Positions 37,944-49,015 of a DNA stretch of 51,597 nt are shown here, in pieces; within the stretch, counting starts at the first letter, position 1; each line of letters opens with the position of its first letter. The DNA lies in the NCBI GenBank assembly GCA_001938485.1, contig MQRK01241907.1, forward strand, positions 1 to 51,597, written 5' to 3'. The notes under the pieces are model-generated. The model was not told where the DNA came from. It searched no databases and worked only from the letters and a program-made list of their open reading frames with translations. Origin of the DNA: Girardia tigrina (taxonomy: Eukaryota). A program made the position numbers and the translations under genes.

Positions 37944-38589
37944 TTAATGAAAGGTTATAAATCAGAAGTGATTACTACTTTATTAACACACGGCAATTAG
38001 CCGTATTTGTGTGGAACCATTGTATTCTTTTGACGCCCTGTCTGACTCCAGGACAAACAAACTTATTATTTATATTCACTAATTTATAATAATTTCAGTA
38101 AATTTGCAACAGACTATTTAATGAGTGGATTAACCAATTCGAAATTAGATTTCAAAATAGCAAAGCACCTTTCTATTAAGACTTATAGAATGAAAGAATA
38201 AATATTCTTTTAGATTTGCTGATGTTCTAGTTTAGTTTTGTTTATTTTTGAAATTCTAAACTTTGACCATTTTAGAATTACTGCAATAATAAATTAAAGA
38301 TTTACAGTCTATGTACTGAATAATGTTTATTTCAGTGTTCAATCAACATAAGACTCAGAATTCTGTTTATCATTTTGAGTGTTTCTTGGTCAACATTGAA
38401 ATAATCGGACTGATATGGTTCTTGTCTAACCCAGTGTATCATAGTAAAATAGGCGATTAGCAGTATAACCTACTAGCTTTCAATCACAGGCAACCTGAAA
38501 ATCAAGGTTTTCTAATTACTTTTGACTCAGAATATGTTCCGATATATTTTGAAATTTTTATGAATTACATTTAATTGAAGTCGCATTCA

Positions 38590-39030
38590 GGTTGACCAAC
38601 GATAATGAATTCTAAAACAATCCGTGGAGCGATAAAAAACTTCCTCAATGAGTACTCGTAGATCTTCTGCAATAAGGCAACATAAAATCCCTTGGCACCA
38701 TACAAACTCAATAAAAGATTTTAAATCTTAACAGAATTGAACTTCTTCTTTACCAAGCTTATCATCCTGACCTTCCGCCATCCTATTATTACTTTTTGGT
38801 TCCGTGGCGCACTTTCTTCCTAGCCTCAACTTCAAAAATCTTCGAAACGGTCACTGGGTTTTTGTATTCTAGAACCTAAGAATGGTACCCCCTCGGAATT
38901 GACCAACCTGCTGATAGAGGGATTCAAGCCATTGATTCAAATGATCTTTACTTTTAGTCTTGATTGATTTTAATTTGTTGAAAAAATTATCTTTGATCTT
39001 TTTTTGAAAAAAATTGAAATAACTTTTAGT
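38590..39030 (+). mobile_element. Old 3' fragment of the same mariner family as 21424-22663
   Basis: Colinear with 22170-22640 (TTGAACTTCTT, CCGCCATCC, GGCRCACTTTCTTC, TTCAAGCYATWGATTCAAATG, CTTTACTTT). Confidence 0.7.
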
Positions 39031-39279
39031 TCAGCATAATAACTAATTTTTGCATTTGCATTATTTCGATTTGAGTGAAGAAAACATTTATCAATTCGAA
39101 TTGAATATAAAATGTTTTGGGTTTTCTAAATCTCACTTTAAAATAAAAAAACGAAGTGCACCCAATAATTAGTGAGTCTATCATTGAGAACATAATCCGA
39201 TTATTCAAATCAAATGTATTTTCCATTACAAACAAAATGTTATCAATGCATCATTTCTCAAAACAAGTTTTATCTACAT

Positions 39280-40320
39280 AGACACAACCAGGCCCTGAAG
39301 TCTTTTTAAAGACAAAATTTCTGCGTCTGTTTCGCAAACCAATTTGAAAACGTATCTTTCAAATCTTGTTTTGTATGAAATTTAGACTTATGAGAATTTG
39401 CTTAATCATTGTGGACACAAACGCTTGTTTCAGTAACATAGGCAAGAATCCAACCTTTTAAATCCAAAAGGTGTTAACAATCTTACCTTCCTTGTCAGGG
39501 ATCAACTGTGCGGCCAGGTAGACATACTTCTACGTAGTGTTCCGCAGAAACTAGATTGGGTTCGACTTCGTCTCTAGGCTAAAGTGTCTGATAAGCTAGC
39601 AGATTTATTGCGGAACAGCCGGCAATATATTGTATTTCAGTGTTGGGTCAGCAATCCATCAACTAGGCTACGCTTTACAATCTGGATGTGAAGGCTGTGG
39701 GGAGTAGTGACCCCGCGGTCGATGGTTGGATTGCAGCGTCATGATTCAGGATGAATCAATCCTTATATACGCATTGAAAAACCGGCTGAGCTAAAGCATG
39801 GATTCCTACACAGGGGGAGTGCTCGTTGAGAATTATCAGCGTCCCAGGTCTCATAGAAAGCCTCAGGCTTAATACCGTAAAGGAGTAGAGGTGCACCTTC
39901 CTTGTAGAATCTTCTTCGGATAGCTTCAACTTTTGAGATTCAAGTCTCAATTCGGGTACATGATGGACAAGAGATACTTCTTTCATGGTTTTAATATTCT
40001 GATAGAAGTGATATTAACACGTTAAAAATTTCAGGTTCTCCTGACAACAAATCAACCTTTGCCTGCACTGAAGCTCATTGTTCGTTCTCTGGTAGTTATT
40101 CATCGTTCATTCTGCATGATTTGTTTATTTTACTAAGTTTTTATAAACTTCACTTGTTGTCGATCTGTCCGGGAAAAATCTTTCAACTCAAATTTGACCG
40201 ACTAGCTATCGGGCTGAAATTTTCAGAGTAAATCAAAACCCGAAGACAATGCGTGAAAAAAATATTTCAAGTTGATCGGACATGTCTAAGTTGTCATTTT
40301 GGCAAAAAAAACAGTTTGCA
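39280..40320 (-). mobile_element. Unclassified decayed DNA-transposon-like segment
   Basis: GC-richer block with broken minus-strand frames and a terminal region (GGGCTGAAATTTTCAG...AAAATATTTCAAGTTGATCGGAC) resembling DNA-transposon subtermini; family not recognised. Confidence 0.3.
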
Positions 40321-40516
40321 TGTAGACAATTTATATGGGTAAATTTTGTATAATAAAATGATTTGAATCTTTGTTTTGATCAAATTTGAATCTCAGTTTT
40401 TGTTAATTAATAATTATTAATAGCTAAAATTAATTTATATCTTACGATATAAATTAATTTTAATTCATCATTTTATTTTATCTATTCTAGTTAACGCTAA
40501 TACCGGTCAATTTAAA

Positions 40517-40770
40517 TATGTAGGAATTGAAGAAGAACATCGATAAATGGCGTTGTTGAAAGTATAGGTATTTTAATAGTTTATGTAAACAGTTGATATC
40601 TAAATTATTTAAATATTTTGTTAAAATTTGCGTATGTTGTGTTTGTTTAGTGAGAATAGAGTGATTAAATATTTTAAAATAGAAAACTGAAATTTTAAGG
40701 ACAATATAGTGGAAAAAATTGATTTTTAAAAACGTGGTAATATAAAAAGCTCTTTTTATACATGTAATTA
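40517..40770 (+). repeat. Dispersed repeat; a deleted copy lies at 574-663
   Basis: ATGTAGGAATTGAA..AACATCGATAAATGGCGTTGTTGAAAGT and TTAAAAACGTGGTAATATAAAAAGCTCTTTTTATACATGTAATTATT are near-identical in both; about 160 bp is missing from the upstream copy. Confidence 0.8.
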
Positions 40771-41558
40771 TTATCCCATATTTCTCAGTCAATTTTACTT
40801 GGTTCATCTGATTTTCTTCGCCAGAAAAAAGTTCGACATTCTCGAAACTGGTTGACTCGTTACTTACCAGCAATCATGGATGACATTTCTTTATCTTAAA
40901 TAGTACTTAGCTTGGACAATGTCTCTTACCTCCTTTTTCCTTTCATAAACAAAAAGAGAAAGGTGCTTCCACATTAAACACTTTGCAAAGATATTTTTGT
41001 AATTTTGTGCTTTGTAACATAATAAAAAATAATGTATTATTATTTATACAATGAATGATGTATTTATAAATTGTTTGTTATGAGAATAGTTGAATAGTTG
41101 AATAGTTGGATTATGTTTTCAATTGAGGGCTCAGTGAAATGTTTTATAATTGAAATAGACCCCACCCTTTGGGAGTTCAGATCCTATTGCATAATTACAT
41201 TATTTTTATTGATTAATCATTGATTAATTAAAACAGGAACAGACAAATTTATGCTAATCAATTCAAAACTCTGAAAAGTAATTTTAGGGTAAAGCAATAT
41301 GTAGGGAATTTTGTTTTTGTAGTGTCTATTTGGTTTTATTCTGGATTTGGTTAAACCAGAGTCCTGTCTCGCTGCATAAGTAACAGTCGCTTCCGATTAA
41401 CCGATATTCAATATTATTTGAAATTTAATGTTATACAAGATGAAAGTGTCGGTTACAAAATACTCTTTATTTAAACAATTCAAAATTCTTTGACTTTTAA
41501 ATCATCGGATTTTCTAATTTTTTGAAAATCTTTTCTATTAAATATTTCATATATTTAA

Positions 41559-41841
41559 CCCGTAACTACTACAATCCTGTTTTCGGTACATGGACACTAC
41601 AATCAGGTCAAATTGACCGGCAACATAATTCATTCAGTTTTCATTGTTTTAACAAGTAATTATCAATAATTATAAGCAAAACAAGTCAAATTAGACCTTT
41701 GCTAAGATGGAGGATGGTATAACACACAAAAATATACCCTTCAAATAATTAAAAAAACATCAAACCTTCAAACATATATCATTTATTATTCACTTATCTA
41801 GAGTTAAAAGGTCAAATTGACCGGCTAATAGTAGTTACGGG
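41559..41841. mobile_element. piggyBac-type MITE
   Basis: TTAA|CCCGTAACTACTA ... TAGTAGTTACGGG|TTAA; the subterminal near-palindrome GGTCAAATTGACC occurs near both ends. Confidence 0.85.
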
Positions 41842-42499
41842 TTAATAATAATCAAACTTATAATTTTAATTATTTAACCTTCTTTTTCAATGACTCGGCA
41901 GCTTATCCTTAACCATAAAAATATTGTGTTTGTTAATTCTGATGATTAAAGTAAACCTTTGAAAAAGAAGATTAACAATTCGAAGAAAGGAAATGTATAT
42001 TTACACATTTCACGTTATACATCAAACTTTGATCATTATAAAAGTTAATGTACTTTTAAATTTCCAGAAATTCAATTTAAAATATATTTTCATGCATAAG
42101 TATATAATAAATATTATGACAATATTTACCGTACCTAAAAAGAGTTTTGTTTTGTCTTGAGTCTACGCAGCTGTTGTAAAAGTAATAGGAGGTATATAAT
42201 TCCAACATTGATTCCTGTCTGTTGAATATTTTATTTCAATCTAAAATTTATGTGGTTAGAACTTTCTTTTTATTAGAATTATTACTTATTTTTATTATTA
42301 CGAATTATATCTTTCTGAAAAACAATAAAAAACGTTTCAGATATTATTAAATTTTAAGAAATTAAAAAAATATTTTATAAATAATCATGTTAAATGTATA
42401 TTTAATAAAAATAATATTATTTTTAGCAATAATTATATTGATAATAATATTCGAAATAATAATAATTTATTTTATAATAAAAAAGGTTTATTTTTTAAG

Positions 42500-42755
42500 A
42501 ATCAGACAACTAGCTTGGAACACTCAGTATTTTCGTGCAAACCTTCACAAAAAGGGTTATGTGGTATTTGGAAACAAAGATAGTCCAGTAGTGCCCATTA
42601 TTATTTATACTCCCACAAAACTAGCAGCCTTCTCACGCGAATGCCTTAACAGAGATGTTGGAACAGTTGTTGTCGGTTTTCCGGCCACCAGCATTATCCT
42701 AGCTCGGGCTAGGTTTTGCATAAGTGCTTCTCACACCAAGGAAATGATTGATTAT
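42500..42755 (+). CDS. SPTLC2: Serine palmitoyltransferase 2 coding exon 5
   Basis: Acceptor TTTTTTAAG|A; (K)IRQLAWNTQYFR...GNKDSPVVP...VVVGFPATSIILARARFCISASHTKEMIDY; donor TAT|GTAACA, phase 0. Confidence 0.95.
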
Positions 42756-43689
42756 GTAACAATTATTTATTTTTTTAAATATTAAATTAATTCTTGCTTT
42801 ATCTATAATCTTGCTTTATATATAATACAAATAATTTTAATTATTTCTTAATTTATTTTTCGGATTTATACTAGATATTTTCAAATTAACAAAAATAAAA
42901 TTAAAAAATTAATTATTCTTAAAAATAATTTGATACATATGAAAATTTGATTAAATTTCATAAATCACCATGTCACTCTCATCCAAGAACCAATAGCGAT
43001 TTTATTAAACTCAATTTTCACTCTCACTCGTCACAGTAAATTATTCAGTCATTGGAATTACAGAGAAATTCATTTTCGTTAAAGCATTTGATTTTTTGGC
43101 AATATTTACCAGCCAAAATGGCTTTTATCGATCATTTCCATCAAAGTTTTCAAATTCAGTTTGATTATATCTGTGACTATACATTTAAGTTTGAAAATAT
43201 TATCTTTGAAATTGACCAAATATCGTGCTACACTTATTGCTCAAATGAGAGTATTTCTAACAATAGCCAAAATATTTATTACAAATTTTTTATTTAAAAA
43301 ACAATCCATTATAACACTTTTTTTAAAGTTTAAAAAACATTTTTAAAACCACTAATTTTTCGTACATTACAAATTCACCATTTTTCAACATTTAATTTAA
43401 AACTTTTTACACCTCATTTTAAAAATTCATTACGCATAATTTTACATAAATTTGAATAAAATTTTAAATATTTCCACATGTAATAATTTTTACTTAATTT
43501 ATTTTCCTTTAAAATAATGTTATTCATTTTACTGCACCAGAATAATAATTCATAAATGTTTCAAAATATTGGTATTTTTTGCCCCAGTGCGTAGTTGAAA
43601 CGGAAACCTAGTCCACGTTCTCCAGAAATGAAATCAGACAGAACCAGTAAATCAAAAAAATTTATGTCCATTCTTTATGCTGGCAGAAT

Positions 43690-43996
43690 TCTATTTTACC
43701 AAGAGAATTTTTTTGTTATTTTTTGTAAAAGCGAAAATTACTATTACATTTATTAATACGTTTTCATCTTTACTTTTTTACATAATATAAACTACTTATA
43801 TTTTATAAGTAGATCATTTTCAGTTAATATTAGTCAGAAACTCCGATGGAACCGTTTTTCCACAATTCTGAGACCTTAACAACTTTTTTGATCAAATTTT
43901 TACATAATCATTTATTGTCATCGAAAATGAGTAAGTGTGCAAAGTTGGAAAAAAATGATTGAAGCCTTCAAAATAGGTTTCTAAATTCCATGGATC
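43690..43996 (-). repeat. ~300-bp microsatellite-associated repeat; inverted copy at 47040-47340
   Basis: Reverse complement of ATCCATGGAATTTCGAAACCTATTTTTGAAGGCTT...GATGACAATAAATGATTATGTAAAAATTTGATCAA...; both copies abut (TA)n/(TG)n, as in Helitron/Helentron-derived repeats. Confidence 0.8.
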
Positions 43997-44178
43997 ATAT
44001 ATATATATATATATATACCTAGAAATAAAAAGAATGGAAAAAAAGAAATAAGCAAATTCAAATCGCAAAATTATTCCTATTCTCGAATATATCTACAAAA
44101 GTAGTTATTATATAATCGATGATCTCATAAAATTCTTTTTGAACATCTGTTGTAGAAAATTTGAGTATGAGGCTTGTA

Positions 44179-45350
44179 CAGTAGGGGACACATTATTATA
44201 AACACCTGATATTTTCATGTTATTTTAGGTTTTCTCATTATTTATAATGTAATTAGCAAATACAGTCATAGTTTTGATACTTTCTGTGTTTGTTTTATCA
44301 CCCCATCAGAAATGTGACAACTTTTAAACCTTATACTGAAAAATTACCACAATTCCATTAGAAAATGATCAAAATAAAAGAAAATCAAAAAGGTAAGAAA
44401 TACATGTTTTATTCCAGAATGCAAAATTTAAATATGTAAATACCTGATTACAAATGTTTTATTGTTCATAGAATAAGTAAAGGGAGTTCAATAAATGATC
44501 AATTAAACAATTTAATATTTTGTTTGTCCTCCTTTAGCGTTTACTACTGCCTGGAGACGTATATGCATGCTATCAATAGAGTTTTGAAGCTTCTGCTGAA
44601 ATTCATCATAACGAAACCAATTGCGGAGGACGCTCGAAATAAGCTGATCCTTTGTTGTATGAGTAATTTGGCTGAGTTTCTATTTCATAATACCCCAAAT
44701 GTTTCTATGGGGTTTAAGTCAGGAGAATTCCCAGGCCAAGGAAGGACATTGATATGGTTGGTCTCCAAAAATTAAGTCACCACCATAGCCTTGTTTCATG
44801 GAGCTGAATCATGCATGAAAGCACAGTTTTCAACTTGGCTTCATATATTTTTTTTCATATTTTTTTTATTTTTTATTTTTCATATTGGCTTCACCGATTT
44901 GCAGCCGGCATCATTCAGTCGTCTGCGAACTGTACGTACTGAAACATTGATACCAAGTTCAACGAGCTGACCCTGTAATTATTTTGCTGACAGAAGGTTA
45001 TCTTTTCTAATCATTCTCACCATTATCCGGTCGTCCTGTTCAGTTGTTTTTCACTGGATGCCAACTCTGGATGTTGAAGGGACACCTGCTGTTATTCGTT
45101 TTTTTGATGTTAATGACACTTACATGATGAATGTTGCACAAAGTGACAATCTGTCTAATTGAAAACTTTCCACTTGATAACAAAGTGTCAACTTTTGTCA
45201 CAACAGTAGAGGACAGATCACAGCATTTACCCATAACTACGAAAGATGTCTTTGTATTCAACAGGATACTGTTGAAATCATCTGTAAGAAGAAATTTAAT
45301 AATCTAGTACTGTCAGATAATTAATTTATTTACCTGTCTGACAGCAACAG
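44179..45350 (-). mobile_element. Tc1 (DD34E) element, internally deleted, 5' end lost
   Basis: TA|CAGTAGGGGACAC terminus; minus-strand MGKCCDLSSTVVTKVDTLLSSGKFSIRQI and WPGNSPDLNPIE. Confidence 0.8.
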
Positions 45351-45353
45351 ATC

Positions 45354-45790
45354 AAGTAAAAAGTTATTGTTTATATAGTTAGATGACCATTATGACACAA
45401 ATTGTTACGTCAAAATACTCTAATATGATTTCACTTCGTACTAGAATTGTAGAACATACCCGATCAAGTAGAAAGAGATCAATTTTGGATCGCATAGTGA
45501 AATGTCATGGAACTCATAGGACGGTATATCATCATGATTCTCCGGTTTTGATTAGTAACTTTGATCACAATTATGAAATGACAATTACTGAAACACTGTT
45601 AATAAAGTTTTGTAAAACTAGTTTAAATGGGCAAAATGATTTGTAGAATCATATTAGAGTATTTTGACGTAACACATTGTGGCGTAATGGTCATCTTACT
45701 ATATAAACAATAACTTTTCACTTAAATACAGAACTTAAGATGCCACAAAACTGGCGAAACATGTTTTCAAATAAAAATTTAAAATTGAAA
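45354..45790 (+). mobile_element. Penelope-like fragment with inverted 5' pLTR copy
   Basis: 77-bp inverted arms (45354-45430 / 45647-45723) enclose the GIY-YIG C-terminus LRTRIVEH...SILDRIVKCH...TITETLLIKFCKTSLNGQ*; a hammerhead-like motif follows at 45731. Confidence 0.75.
45731..45768 (+). ncRNA. Degenerate minimal hammerhead (core CUUAAGA, G5U)
   Basis: GAA-CTTAAGA-T-GCCA-CAAAAC-TGGC-GAAA-CATG-TT-TTC. Confidence 0.65.
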
Positions 45791-45935
45791 TGGTATTATT
45801 TTAGTAAAATTGCAAACTTACCATTTGATTCAATTATTAATATAGTGTCTTATTAATATAAATTCACAAATCTGCCTTTGGTAATGTGAATCAAAAATTT
45901 AAATATTCAAATATACAAATATTCAAATTTTCAAA

Positions 45936-45978
45936 TATTGCTGATGATGATGTATGAAATATCGAAACATGTTCAATA
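45936..45978 (+). ncRNA. Minimal type I hammerhead ribozyme
   Basis: TATTG-CTGATGA-T-GATGT-ATGAA-ATATC-GAAA-CATG-TT-CAATA: complete core, 5-bp stems I and II, palindromic AACATGTT stem III, GUU site. Confidence 0.85.
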
Positions 45979-46447
45979 ATTACATAAATGAAGCCTTCAT
46001 AACATTATATTTTCAAAATATTAAACTTGCGTTAACAAAACTCAACAATATATATATATAATAGTAATAATACTAATACAATAAATAGTAATGAGTGTAA
46101 ATATGGGCCGATATCGTAGGTCAAATGTGTGACTGTCAAACAACGATAATAGTATTCAACTGATATTCGTTAGATTTATCATAATGACAATTCAATTTGA
46201 ACTAGCTATTTTTATTATTACTATTATTATGTCAAAATTTATTATGATTCAAATAGTCGGACAATATTTATTGACAATTTAAACTAGTTCTATTTTCTTT
46301 CAAACATTCTAAATTTCGAAAAAATCTCTATTTCAACATTATTTATTAAAGTGACAGAATAATTTATAATACTCATGATTTATATGAAGGTAATATTTTA
46401 ATTTATTAAATAAAATACGACTATTTCTAAAATTATAATAAGTAAAA

Positions 46448-46870
46448 TTAAAAATAAATTAAGATTAGATCCGTTTGCACATTAATCTTAGGATCTAAAG
46501 ATTTGATATAAAGTGCTTCACAGGCTACCTTCTCCCAATAGTTTTTAAAACGAGTATACAGAATTTTAAAATCATTTATGCTTATGTTTTCGTTCGACTT
46601 ACAACCCTTTCTGTGTTCTGCAATATTACTCTCACCTACATTCCGACCATGTTCTTGGATTCTCCTACAGAGATGACGGGACGTCTCTCCAATGTATTTG
46701 GCATTACACCCATAACATGTAAATTTATATACGAGATCCGAACATAATCCAAATGGGTTTGGAGATTTATTACAAAATACATTTTGTATTTTATATGTTT
46801 GTAATATTATTTTTAAGTTTTTTGTTTTGTGTCTCAATTTTGTTTCGAGAGATTTTATTTGTGTGATAAT
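46448..46870 (-). mobile_element. Penelope-like GIY-YIG endonuclease module (second copy, related family)
   Basis: LVYKFTCYGCNAKYIGETSRHLCRRIQEH...IAEH...CEALYIKSLDPKINVQ; clearly homologous to 16950-17371; no RT. Confidence 0.85.
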
Positions 46871-47039
46871 TAGAGACAATATTACACCAATGAAAACACA
46901 AGTCACTACTTACAGTATACAGTGCATATCTAACAATAGTTAGTCATTTCACAATTTATCTTTCTTCGTTTCTTCTCTGTCTGCAGCGATCTCCTTAGGA
47001 TCTTCCGATGAATGACTACTTATATAGGTGTGTGTGTGT

Positions 47040-47340
47040 ATCCATGGAATTTCGAAACCTATTTTTGAAGGCTTTTAACTCAATCAATTTTCTTCAAACT
47101 TTGCACACTCACTCATTTTTGATGACAATAAATGATTATGTAAAAATTTGATCAAGAAAAAACTTTTTTAAGTCCCAAAATGGAAAAAAAGGAAAATTCG
47201 GAGTTCCGAAACAATATTAATTGAAAAAGATTTACTGATAAATTATAAGTAGTTTATATTACGCAAAAAAGTAAAGATAAAAAATATTAATAAATTTTTC
47301 CTTCTACAATAGAACAAAAGAAATTCTCTTCGCCAAATAG
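47040..47340 (+). repeat. Inverted partner of 43690-43996
   Basis: See 43690-43996; preceded by (TG)n. Confidence 0.8.
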
Positions 47341-47810
47341 AGATTAAAGCGTTGTGAAATCCCCAGTGTGAAATTTAAAAGCTTGTCCGTTATTGTCATG
47401 CGGTTACGGGTCAGAGTTTAAAACAGGAAATGGAGCTATTTATACAGAACTGTTAAATAATAGAGCTTTATTTTTATTGAAAACCTGAAACTTGCTTTAT
47501 GTTTTGAGATATTAGAAAAAGGCTTCGTCGAAAATATGTTTATAAAAAATTAATGTATCCTATTGATTCCATAAAATATTTTCAAGTACAAAATTAAAGT
47601 TTTGATGAATAAATCAAGGTGTAGGGTTTGTTAAAATATATTACATTCCATCACATTTCATATGAAATCAACCGTAAAAAATCCTCTTTTTTTATTATTA
47701 ATTTATTCCTGTTAATTTTTTCAATCATTTTATTCATCATTTAAATATTAAGCCAGAAGTAACAAAAATATTTTTTTATTTTAAAATACTTTTCATTGAT
47801 TTTTTTGCAG

Positions 47811-47924
47811 ACACTCAAAGTGATTGATGAAGTCTCAGACATGATCAATCTAAACTATAGTCGTCTTCCAGTACCGGAGTGGTGTAGCCAGCTTCCTGAA
47901 ACACCGAATTTGATTCCAGACTGA
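47811..47924 (+). CDS. SPTLC2: Serine palmitoyltransferase 2 terminal coding exon 6
   Basis: Acceptor TTTTTTGCAG|; TLKVIDEVSDMINLNYSRLPVPEWCSQLPETPNLIPD* matches the LCB2 tail ALKEIDEVGDLLQLKYSR; TGA at 47922-47924. Not in the ORF track (too short). Confidence 0.92.
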   Translation, partial: TLKVIDEVSDMINLNYSRLPVPEWCSQLPETPNLIPD

Positions 47925-48100
47925 ACCTTTTAACCACACGACTGCGGCCACGCTGATACCATTCCAATATAAATATTTATATCAAACATGTAGTTATCCC
48001 TTTCTTATTTAGTGGTGAGATATGTTAGTTTTTATATTCATATATATGGGTCGTAAAAAAGTGCACAAAATATTTAGAAAATTTAAAAAGTAATTTTGAA

Positions 48101-48106
48101 AATAAA
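48101..48106 (+). promoter_or_regulatory. Candidate polyadenylation signal for the SPT gene
   Basis: First AATAAA after the stop codon (177 nt downstream); weak evidence in AT-rich DNA. Confidence 0.3.
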
Positions 48107-48599
48107 TTCAAAGCAATCCTTATTCTTCAATTTAAATCTTATCATAAATCGACACAAATTTTATAACTCATTTTATGAATGTATAAAAATGCAAAAATGA
48201 TGATTGTGTAATCAATTATATGAAATGACGCAAATAAAAAATTCTGAATAAGTTGCTTGAAACTGCCGATTGATCATTGATTTAAGGACAACGTGACCTA
48301 ATTAACAGTGCTTCACATGACACTCTGAAAAAAACTATTAAAATGCTTATAAATCATCTTGAAATTGTCTATATGGGTTTTTATTCAAGTGCATCAGTAC
48401 ATTTTTGATATTCTGCTTCTTTGTACCTCTAAATATCGATGTGCATTTTGTGTAAATTTTCCCATTATGTTAATTATAGGAAAAAGTAATCAATATATGA
48501 AAATTCTAATTTCACATTCAGATAGAGAATCGAAATGTGCATCAAACACATGATATCGATTTTTTACACTAGTACTTTTAAAAAATTATATGTATTTAT

Positions 48600-49015
48600 T
48601 TTTGCACTTTTGCACATGTGCAACTTAAAAAGCACTAAGCTAGATCATTAATAATGTGCGGCACAATGTGCACTATCGATTAGGACTTTAAAGTATCGAT
48701 TAGCACATTTGTGCACTGTGCAGTGATCGATTAGCACTTTTTCTACTGTTGCTATGGAAAGGGTAACGGTTGCTATGGATACAGTAACCGTTACCATAGT
48801 TACAACCGCCTTGAATCAGTGTATCCGTTGCTAATGGTAACTAAGACCTTGGTTACCGTTGTTGCCTAGGCTAGGGTGATCGGAACCGTTGCTAGGGTGA
48901 TATGAACCGTTGTTATGGTAACCGGAACCGTTGCCATGGAAACCCCGACCGTTTCCATGGTAACGGGTTACCCCCCGGGGGGTCTTTTTGGGAGAATGCC
49001 CATTTTCCCTCTACT
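48600..49015. repeat. X-box array element, copy B
   Basis: X-box-like units at 48748/48769/48790 and 48888/48909/48930/48951 (21-bp period), TGCAC and ATCGATTAG repeats upstream, ACCCCCCGGGGGGT palindrome, GGAGAATGCCCATTTTCCCTCTACT end. Confidence 0.85.
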
